From the NCBI GenBank assembly GCA_900234795.1, contig LT962688.1, forward strand, positions 3,990,001-4,022,000: a stretch of DNA of 32,000 nt, written 5' to 3'. Every line of letters begins with the position of its first letter. The first letter of the stretch is position 1. Origin of the DNA: Methylorubrum extorquens (lineage in GTDB: Bacteria; Pseudomonadota; Alphaproteobacteria; Rhizobiales; Beijerinckiaceae). The position numbers were made by a program, and so were the translations under genes. Of the stretch, positions 24,063 to 31,444 are shown piece after piece. The notes below the pieces were generated by a model, which made no database searches, was not told the DNA's origin, and was given only the letters and a program-made list of their open reading frames with translations.

Positions 24063-25450
24063 GCGACCTCGGCCTGACGGATCGCCGCCTCACGGGATTC
24101 CGCTCGGTCGCCGAATCCATTGAAGAACAGGTTCAGCCCCACCGCCGCGATCGCGGCGAGCAGAATGCCCGATTCCAGCAGCGGATGCAGCGCGTGCGGC
24201 ATCTGCTTGAAGAAGTTCGGCGCGACGAGCGGGATCATGCCGAAACCGACCGAGACCGCGACGACGAACAGGTTGTTGCGGTTGCGCGCGAAATCGACGC
24301 CGCCGAGGATGCGCGTGCCGGTCGCGCCCACCATGCCGAACATCACGAGGCCGGCCCCACCGAGCACGCATTGCGGCACGGCCTCGACCAGGGCCGCGAG
24401 CTTCGGGACCAGTCCGAGGCCGAGCATGATGAAGCCCGCGGTCACCGTGACCCAGCGCGAGCGGATGCCGGTGACCCCGACGAGCCCGATATTCTGCGAG
24501 AACGAGGTGTAGGGAAACGTGTTGAAGATGCCGCCGATGACGGTGCCGAGCCCGTCCGCGCGCAGGCCCCGCGTCAGCCGCCGCTCGTCGACCGGATCGG
24601 CAGTGATCTGCGACAGGGCCAGGAACATCCCGGTCGATTCGATCATCACGACGATCATCACGAGGCACAGGGTGACGACCGAGACCGGATCGAAGCTCGG
24701 CCAGCCGAAGGCGAAGGGGCGCACCATATCGAACCAGGGCGCCGCGGCGACGCGGTCGAGCTCCACCAGCCCGGCAAAGCCGGCCAGCACCATGCCGAGC
24801 GCGATCCCGATCAGCACCGAGGCCGAGGCGACGAAGCCCGTGGCGTAGCGGGTGATCGCGAGGATCGCGCAGAGCACGAAGGCCGCGATGCCGAGATAGA
24901 CGGGGGCGCCGTAATTCGGGTTGCCGACGCCGCCGGCGGCCCAGTTCACCCCGACCCGCATCAGCGAGATGCCGATGACCAGAATGATGGTGCCGGTCAC
25001 GACCGGTGGGAACAGCGGCAGGAGGCGTCCGATCACCGGTGCGGCGATGAGGCCGAACAGGCCGGAGGCGATGACGGCGCCGTAGATGCCGGTGAGGCCG
25101 ATCGCCGGGTTCGTCCCCATGGAGAGCATCGGGCCGACGGCCGCAAAGGTGACCCCCATCATCACCGGCATGCGGATGCCGATGCCGGGCAGGCCCCAGC
25201 TCTGGATCAGCGTGACGATCCCGCAGGCGAACAGGTCGGCGCTGACCAGCATGGCCACCTGCTCGGGCGGCAGCTTGAGCGCCCGTCCGATGATGAGCGG
25301 GATCGCCACGGCGCCCGCATACATCACGAGCACGTGCTGCAGCCCGAGCAGGCCGAGGGCCGCGGGGGGAACCCGTTCCTCGGGCTTGAGGGGCACCGGA
25401 CCCTCGATCTCGGCCGCGGAATCCGGCTGGGAAGGCGCCATCAACACCAT
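24050..25450 (-). CDS. Nucleobase:cation symporter-2 (NCS2) family permease (xanthine/uracil/urate type)
   Basis: 466 aa, polytopic. LGLQHVLVMYAGAVAIPLIIG near the N-terminus and the NCS2 signature-like VPQCVLGGAGLVMFGMVGATG. Confidence 0.9.
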   Translation of the reverse strand: MVLMAPSQPDSAAEIEGPVPLKPEERVPPAALGLLGLQHVLVMYAGAVAIPLIIGRALKLPPEQVAMLVSADLFACGIVTLIQSWGLPGIGIRMPVMMGVTFAAVGPMLSMGTNPAIGLTGIYGAVIASGLFGLIAAPVIGRLLPLFPPVVTGTIILVIGISLMRVGVNWAAGGVGNPNYGAPVYLGIAAFVLCAILAITRYATGFVASASVLIGIALGMVLAGFAGLVELDRVAAAPWFDMVRPFAFGWPSFDPVSVVTLCLVMIVVMIESTGMFLALSQITADPVDERRLTRGLRADGLGTVIGGIFNTFPYTSFSQNIGLVGVTGIRSRWVTVTAGFIMLGLGLVPKLAALVEAVPQCVLGGAGLVMFGMVGATGTRILGGVDFARNRNNLFVVAVSVGFGMIPLVAPNFFKQMPHALHPLLESGILLAAIAAVGLNLFFNGFGDRAESREAAIRQAEVAQAH

Positions 25451-25745
25451 GGGAGAGATGCTCCGAACGTCCGGACGCGGTTGCAGGTGTTATGCCAGAG
25501 AGCGACCACGGCCTGTGCCGCCCTCGGCGCGGAAGGCCGCCTGTCGCCGGTACTCGTTGCGCCGCGTGCCGTCGAATCGCGCGCAAGATCCGTTCTCCCC
25601 GGCGAGCCCGGCGCGATGTCCTCGATCTGCGACCCGGTTTCGGGACCATGTCGATCTCTCAACCCGGTCCCGTCCGAAGGAAGGCCAGGAGCCCCAACGA
25701 GGCATTCTCTCGGCGGTGCGGCGTTGTGGATGGTTCACTCGGCTC

Positions 25746-25915
25746 ATGGCCAAGGTGTCTCGCGCGTGGGAGGCGGATCAGGGCCGGCTTCTGTCGCCCT
25801 CGCTGCACGAGTTCGTGCCGCCGGGCACAGGGCGCAGTTTGGGCAGGATACGATGCGGGAAGCGCTCGACCTGTCGGCCCGCCTCGACACCGAGGAGCGC
25901 GGCTACCCGGACGTT
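25746..25915 (+). pseudogene. Decayed N-terminal remnant of a DDE transposase (IS1182/IS5-superfamily-like)
   Basis: ATG 25746 gives MAKVSRAWEADQGRLLSPSLHEFVPPG. After a 1-nt frame slip near 25826 it continues HRAQFGQDTMREALDLSARLD. This resembles the DRxQxxLLPPSLxDxVPxDHPxRxIxxFVDxLDL N-terminus of these transposases. Nothing further is recognisable downstream. Confidence 0.35.
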
Positions 25916-26093
25916 TCAGGCTTGGCCTGTCACACCACAGTCGGAACCGTAGAGCGAACTGGCCCGTGACTGTTTTCCCAGCACAAAACCATCAAATGAT
26001 ATAAATTTAGTCTGCAAGCACAGCATTGTCTCTTGAGCGACTCGGCCGCCGCTTCCTAGCCTCGCGCCCGGTAATCAACTCGAGAGAACGGCC

Positions 26094-29000
26094 GTGCCCC
26101 AGTCCCAAGCGAGCGCCCTGCGCGATGTCGTGCGCGCCACCTATCGGCGCGCGGGGCTCGACAAGTCCGAGACCGAACTCGAGGCTCTGCTTCCCACCGT
26201 CCGGCCGTTGATCGACTTCGATCCGCGCGAGGCCCGCGAGGCCGACATCGTCGGCCTGCTGGGCAAACTTACCTTGCGGGACGCATCCCTGCCCGCCGCG
26301 CCCGGACCCGTCTCCCTGGTCCGTACGCTGTCGAAGGAGCCGCTGGCTGCCTATGGCGGCACGACGCCCGACATCACGACCAAGTCGGCCACGGAACTCG
26401 CCGCCCTGCTGGCGAGCGGCACGATCACCTCGCGGGAGATCGTGCTCCAGTACATGTACAAGATCCAGAAGCTCGACCGCGCCGGTCCGGCTCTGCGATC
26501 GGTGACGGAACTCAACCCCGAGCTTCTGACCATCGCCGACCGCATGGATGCGCGCCGGGCCGAGGCCAAGGCGAAAGGAGAGACGCTGCCGGACCTGTTC
26601 GGCATCCCGATCCTCCTCAAGAACAACATCGAGACCGGCGACCATCTCCGCACCACCGCCAGTTCGATGGCCCTGATCGGCTCGAAGCCCGCGGACGACG
26701 CGCCCCTGGTGGCCAACCTGCGCGAGCAGGGTGCCATCATCATGGGCAAGACCAACATGAGCGAGTGGGCCAACTTCCGGGGCGGGATCGTTCTCAGCGG
26801 ACAGGGCGGAACCGCCATCAACCCGTTCGGGCCCGATCGGCCGCTATACGGCTCGAGCGTCGGGTCGGGCATTGCGGTTGCCATGGATTTCGCACCGCTC
26901 ACCGTCGGGACGGAGACCAACGGCTCGATCACGAGTCCGTCCACGGGCTACCACATCTGGGGTCTCAAGCTGACGCGCGGCCTCGTGGATGGCGCCGGCA
27001 TCATCCCGGGCATCGCGTCGCTGGATGCGCCCGGTCCCATGGGATCGAACCCGGCCGATCTCGCCCTGATGCTCAACGGGATGCGGGGGAGCGGCACGTC
27101 CGGCTCCGCAAATCCGCCGACCGACTACACCAGCAAGATGAACGGCGATCTGACAGGTGTCAGGATCGGCGTCGATACCACCGACGCATCTCCGGCATTC
27201 GTGTCCCTGCTTTCGGCCGCCGCGACAGGGTCCGGGGCGACGTTGGTCACCTACAACAAGGCGGCCTACGACCAGGCCGTCTATGCGGCGGTGCGCGGCC
27301 TCGACACGGCGGAGATCGGCGAACTCGTCAAACTGTATAATGGATTGGCGCCCTCGACAGCCGTAACCCAGGCTCAAATCGATGCGTTCTTAAAAATACT
27401 CGTTACCGATATGTTAAACCAATGGTACACCGCCTTTCCTCTGAGTACGGCCATAGGAAACGCATACGGACTCATCTCTGCATACGAGCTCAGGAAGTAC
27501 ATCGACGAGAATCTGGGTGCGCGCGAAGCGAATCCTCAGGACTACGACAGCGCCCTGGTTCGACTGCTCGGTACCACCTTCCGGCCGCTTAGCGGCGACG
27601 GGGCGAAATTCGCGCGCGATCTGCCGGATGTCGTTGCATTCAACGCAGCGAATCCGGAGATCGAGAGGGTCGGCTTCGGGTTCGACACTTTCGTCAGCGT
27701 CGCCAGGCTGAGCCTCGATGACCTCGTCAGGAGCTCAGGTTTCGATTCCGCCGCCGCGCTCGAAGCCGCCGCCGTAAACTGGAAGGGGATCATCGGGAAG
27801 ATCCTTCACGAGGTGAGAGCCGGTCTCGGCGTCGATGTCTCGTTCGATACCCGGTTCGACGAGAATGCGATGGCGTTCGCAAACTCGCCTCAGTTGGTCG
27901 TTCCCGTCGGTCCGGGACGCGGTTCCACCGGGCAGATCATGAACGCCGACCCGTTCGGCGAGGAGGCTATGCTTCGGGTCGGCTACGCCCTGAACGAGAA
28001 GCTGAACGACCCCGCCTTCGCGAGCCTGCGCGCGCTATCCCCGTCCATCCCCGAGACGGGCTTCACCAATCAGCCGGCCGACCGGGGCCCGCCTCTGCCG
28101 TTGGTGCTGCACGATCTGGACGACCACGGTCGGGCGACGCTGGCCCATCTCCTCACCACCGAGATGGCCCCCCTCGTGCTCCACACCACCGGCAACCTCG
28201 ACCTGCCCACCTTCGACGGGCGCATCTCCGGCAATGGCGGCCTGATCAAGGAGGCCGACGGCGTTCAGGCCCTCACCGGCGACAGCGACTTCACCGGCAC
28301 CGTCCAGGTCTGGAAGGGCGCCCTGGCGATCGACCGCAACCAGGCCCTCGGCAGCGCCGCCAACGCCGTCAGCCTCGAAGCCGGCAGCGCCCTGATCGCC
28401 AGCCGCAGCCTCACCCTGGCCCGCGACCTCCTCCTGAAGAACGGCGGCGGCCTCGGCGCCGGAGCCGAGATCACCCTGATCGCCGACGGCGTGATCGCCG
28501 GCAATGGCGGCCTGACCAAGACCGGGGCCGGCCAGCTGACCCTGGCGGGCATCAACACCTATACCGGCGGCACCCGCGTCGCCGAAGGCGTTCTGGCCGT
28601 CGCCGCCGATGCCGGGCTCGGCCAGGATTACGGCGCGCTGCGCTTTGCCGCCGGCACCGGCCTGCTCGTCACCGGCAGCTTCGCCACCCAGCGGCCGTTC
28701 CAGCTCGACGGGGAGACCCACCTCTCCATCCGGGCCGGAGCCTCCCTGACGGTGAACAACCTCATCGACGGCGCCGGCAGCCTCGTCCTCGACGGCGGCG
28801 GCAGCCTCACCCTGGCCGCGGCCGCCAACCGCTTCGCCGGCGGCATCCAGCTCAAGGCCGGCACCCTCGCCCTCGACGGGGCCGGCGCCGCCGGGCTCGG
28901 CCCGATCCGCTTCGAGGCCGGGCCCCAGACCCTCGTCCTCGACGCCGCCGCCTTCCAGTCCGGGGTGTTCGGGGGCACGATCGCCCGGTTCGGCACCGCC

Positions 29001-30992
29001 GACACGATCAGCCTGGCCGATCTCGCCTACACCGCCGGCGCCACCGCCCAGTACGATCCCACCGCCCAGGCGCTGACCGTCGTCAGCGGCGGCCTCACCC
29101 GCCAGCTCACCCTGTCCGAGGTCGGCCGCGGCGGCTTCACCCTGGCCTCCGACCCGGCCGGCGGCACCCGCGTCCTGCTCACCGGCGTGCCCGTCGGCCT
29201 CGCCGCTTCGGGGCCGGGCCTCGACGCCCAGGGCAACGGCCTGCTGAAGGCCGGGGCCGTCCTCACCTTCACCGTCGAGATGTCCGATCTCGTCACCGTC
29301 GAGACCGGCGCGGGCCGCCCCGTGCTGGTCCTGTCCAACGGAGCGGAGGCGGCCTATACCGGCCAGTCGAACGGGACGAGCCTCGGCTTCGCCTACACCG
29401 TCGCCCCCGGACAGGACAGCCAGGCCCTCACCGTCACCCGGCTCGACCTGCGCGGTGCCGTCATCCGCGACACCGGCGGCCACGTGGCCGACGTGACCGC
29501 CCTTCCCGCCGCCCCGTCGGGCACGATCACCCTCGACACCACCGCGCCGACGCTGGCCCTGACCGCAGCACCGCCCGCCACGGTCGAGGCGAGCTCCGCC
29601 GCGGGCGCGGCCGTGAGCTTTGCCGCCAGTGCCGGAGACGGGGTCGATCCGGCCCCGCGCGTGGTGTTCCGGTCGGGCGACACCGTGGTGTCCTCCGGCC
29701 AGACCTTCGCGCTCGGCACCCACAGCGTCACCGCCACCGCTTTCGATGCCGCCGGCAATGCCAGCGCTCCGGTCTCGTTCGACTTTACGGTTCAGGACAG
29801 CACCGCGCCGACGCTGGCTCTGACGGTCCCGCCGCCCAGCACCGTCGAGGCGAGTTCCGCCGCGGGTGCCGCCGTGAGCTTTACCGCCAGCGCCGGGGAC
29901 GGCGTCGATCCGGCCCCGCGCGTCGTGTTCCGCGCCGGCGACACCGTGGTGACCTCGGGCCAGACCTTCGCGCTCGGCACCCACAGCGTCACCGCCACCG
30001 CTTTTGATGCTGCCGGCAATGCCAGCGCTCCGGTCTCGTTCGACTTCGCCGTGACGACCCCGGTCGCGCCGGCCACGGCGAGCTTCGACTTCGCCCTGAG
30101 CCAGGCCAGCCTGCGCCAGGCCCCGGGACACATCGCCCTGATCGGGCCGGACGGCCTGAGCCACGACGTCACCGCCGTCGAGACCTTCGTGTTCAGCGAT
30201 GGCGTCGTCCGGCAGAAGGACGCCGCCCCGCTGGTCGACGACCTGTTCTACTACGCCGCCAACCCCGACGTCTGGCAGGCCCAGATCGATGCCGAGGCGC
30301 ACTATGCCGCCTATGGCTGGCGCGAGGGCCGCGACCCGAACGCCGCCTTCTCGACCGGGGGCTATCTCGCCGCCAACCCGGAGGTGGCCGCGGCCGGCCT
30401 CGACCCGCTGGTCCACTTCGCGCAAACGGGCTGGAAGGAGGGCCGCGATCCCGCCGCCGGCTTCGACGTCGAACGCTACCTCGCCCGCCATCCGGAGGCG
30501 CGGGCGGCCGGCCTCGATCCGCTCAGCCACTACCTCGCCCAGGGCCGGGCCGAGGGTCACGTCGCCCACGCCGCGATCGGACGCCCGGCCGATCTGGCCG
30601 AGCAGGGCGGCTTCGACGCGCAGGCCTATCTGCTGTCCAACCTCGACGTGGCCGAGGCGGCCCGGGCGGCCGGGGGCGACAGCTTCGCCTTCGCCCGGAC
30701 GCACTACACGACCTATGGCTGGCAGGAGGGGCGCAACCCGAACGCGGTGTTCGACACCAAGGGCTATCTCGCCGCCTACGGCGACGTGGCAGCAGCCGGG
30801 ATCGATCCGCTCGCCCACTATGTCCGGTACGGCGCGGCGGAGGGGCGCGATCCCTCCGCCGGCTTCGACGGCAAGGCCTACCTCGCCGCCAACAGTGACG
30901 TGGCCGCGGCAGGGCTGAACCCGATGCTGCACTATCTCCAGTACGGCGCCGCCGAGGGCCGCAGCGCCTTCGCCGACGGGCACTTCGCCTGA
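26094..30992 (+). CDS. Giant multidomain protein: N-terminal amidase-signature domain fused to a PATR beta-helix, Ig/HYR-like modules and C-terminal repeats
   Basis: 1632-aa ORF from GTG 26094.
- aa ~95-640: amidase-signature fold with GIPILLK176NN, GS254SVGSG and GTETNGS278ITSP. The Lys-Ser-Ser spacing of 78/24 compares with 75/24 in FAAH as I recall it.
- aa ~700-960: autotransporter-associated beta-strand repeats (GNGGLTKTGAGQLTLAGINTYTGGTRVAEGVLAV).
- aa ~960-1148: adhesin-type beta modules.
- aa 1150-1323: two 87-aa HYR/Ig-like copies.
- aa ~1383-1632: six YLAANPDVAAAGxDPLxHYxxxGxxEGRDP repeats.
There is no N-terminal signal peptide, no C-terminal beta-barrel and no GGxGxD repeats. Confidence 0.85.
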   Translation: MPQSQASALRDVVRATYRRAGLDKSETELEALLPTVRPLIDFDPREAREADIVGLLGKLTLRDASLPAAPGPVSLVRTLSKEPLAAYGGTTPDITTKSATELAALLASGTITSREIVLQYMYKIQKLDRAGPALRSVTELNPELLTIADRMDARRAEAKAKGETLPDLFGIPILLKNNIETGDHLRTTASSMALIGSKPADDAPLVANLREQGAIIMGKTNMSEWANFRGGIVLSGQGGTAINPFGPDRPLYGSSVGSGIAVAMDFAPLTVGTETNGSITSPSTGYHIWGLKLTRGLVDGAGIIPGIASLDAPGPMGSNPADLALMLNGMRGSGTSGSANPPTDYTSKMNGDLTGVRIGVDTTDASPAFVSLLSAAATGSGATLVTYNKAAYDQAVYAAVRGLDTAEIGELVKLYNGLAPSTAVTQAQIDAFLKILVTDMLNQWYTAFPLSTAIGNAYGLISAYELRKYIDENLGAREANPQDYDSALVRLLGTTFRPLSGDGAKFARDLPDVVAFNAANPEIERVGFGFDTFVSVARLSLDDLVRSSGFDSAAALEAAAVNWKGIIGKILHEVRAGLGVDVSFDTRFDENAMAFANSPQLVVPVGPGRGSTGQIMNADPFGEEAMLRVGYALNEKLNDPAFASLRALSPSIPETGFTNQPADRGPPLPLVLHDLDDHGRATLAHLLTTEMAPLVLHTTGNLDLPTFDGRISGNGGLIKEADGVQALTGDSDFTGTVQVWKGALAIDRNQALGSAANAVSLEAGSALIASRSLTLARDLLLKNGGGLGAGAEITLIADGVIAGNGGLTKTGAGQLTLAGINTYTGGTRVAEGVLAVAADAGLGQDYGALRFAAGTGLLVTGSFATQRPFQLDGETHLSIRAGASLTVNNLIDGAGSLVLDGGGSLTLAAAANRFAGGIQLKAGTLALDGAGAAGLGPIRFEAGPQTLVLDAAAFQSGVFGGTIARFGTADTISLADLAYTAGATAQYDPTAQALTVVSGGLTRQLTLSEVGRGGFTLASDPAGGTRVLLTGVPVGLAASGPGLDAQGNGLLKAGAVLTFTVEMSDLVTVETGAGRPVLVLSNGAEAAYTGQSNGTSLGFAYTVAPGQDSQALTVTRLDLRGAVIRDTGGHVADVTALPAAPSGTITLDTTAPTLALTAAPPATVEASSAAGAAVSFAASAGDGVDPAPRVVFRSGDTVVSSGQTFALGTHSVTATAFDAAGNASAPVSFDFTVQDSTAPTLALTVPPPSTVEASSAAGAAVSFTASAGDGVDPAPRVVFRAGDTVVTSGQTFALGTHSVTATAFDAAGNASAPVSFDFAVTTPVAPATASFDFALSQASLRQAPGHIALIGPDGLSHDVTAVETFVFSDGVVRQKDAAPLVDDLFYYAANPDVWQAQIDAEAHYAAYGWREGRDPNAAFSTGGYLAANPEVAAAGLDPLVHFAQTGWKEGRDPAAGFDVERYLARHPEARAAGLDPLSHYLAQGRAEGHVAHAAIGRPADLAEQGGFDAQAYLLSNLDVAEAARAAGGDSFAFARTHYTTYGWQEGRNPNAVFDTKGYLAAYGDVAAAGIDPLAHYVRYGAAEGRDPSAGFDGKAYLAANSDVAAAGLNPMLHYLQYGAAEGRSAFADGHFA
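29541..30062 (+). repeat. Tandem in-frame duplication, 2 x 261 nt (2 x 87 aa), inside the giant gene
   Basis: ACCGCGCCGACGCTGG starts at 29541 and again at 29802. By my alignment the two encoded units (TAPTLALT..GTHSVTATAFDAAGNASAPVSFDF) are identical at 77 of 87 residues. Confidence 0.9.
30240..30989 (+). repeat. Six degenerate ~37-aa coding repeats at the C-terminus of the giant protein
   Basis: The pattern (F)xxxxYLAANP(D/E)VAAAG(L/I)(D/N)PLxHYxxxG(W)xEGR(D/N)Pxxx recurs at about aa 1384, 1422, 1461, 1507, 1557 and 1596. Confidence 0.7.
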
Positions 30993-31366
30993 CGCCCGCT
31001 TCCCAGCGAGGCTGAAATCCCCGCTGGCAGGGGGCGGGCCGGCTGGCCTCTCGAGGCCATCCGATCCGCCTCCGTGCGATCCGCCCCCATGCCGATCCGT
31101 CTGCGCGCCGTGCCGCCGAGCGGCCGGATCATCGCCGTGCCCGATTGGAGACGGCGCCCGCCTGATGCCGTTCGCGCGTCAGCTTCGCCGCGAGGTCAGG
31201 CCCCTCGGTGGCGAACGCGACGCGTTGCGCCCAACCCACTTCTTGGCCCCGTTGGAGCCACGCGGTCCGCGCACCTCAATGCACTTGACGCGCTGCGGGT
31301 CGACAAGCGCCGGCCGTGGATCGAACCGACGCCCGCAGCGCCGCCGCTGGCCTTTTAAAGATTAAG

Positions 31367-31416
31367 TGGAGCGGGCAATCGGGATCGAACCGACGACATT
31401 CAGCTTGGGAAGCTGA
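31367..31416 (-). other. 3' fragment (anticodon arm to CCA) of a tRNA-Gly(CCC) gene; not a complete tRNA
   Basis: The minus strand reads TCAGC-TTCCCAA-GCTGA (anticodon CCC), ATGTC, GTCGG-TTCGATC-CCGAT, TGCCCGC-T-CCA. The expected 5' acceptor strand GCGGGCA and a D-arm are absent from the adjoining sequence. Confidence 0.75.
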
Positions 31417-31444
31417 AGTATTTCTCTGCGCATCACATTAAGAA

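Noticed and set aside
28035-30983. 982-aa minus-strand ORF antisense to the giant gene
   Set aside because: Same reasoning. It mirrors the repeat structure of the plus-strand gene and has no independent signal. The plus-strand translation has clear domain motifs.
26094-30992. Classifying the giant protein as a classical autotransporter (T5SS) or RTX/T1SS substrate
   Set aside because: PATR repeats are present, but there is no N-terminal signal peptide and no C-terminal beta-barrel translocator. The C-terminus consists of soluble-looking repeats ending ..ADGHFA. There are no GGxGxD nonapeptides and no ABC/MFP/TolC genes adjacent.
31367-31440. A complete 74-nt tRNA-Gly gene
   Set aside because: The 3' acceptor strand TGCCCGC has no complementary GCGGGCA at the expected 5' position, and there is no D-arm (..TAATGTGATGCGCAGAGAAATACT.. 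instead). Only the 3' 50 nt are tRNA-like.
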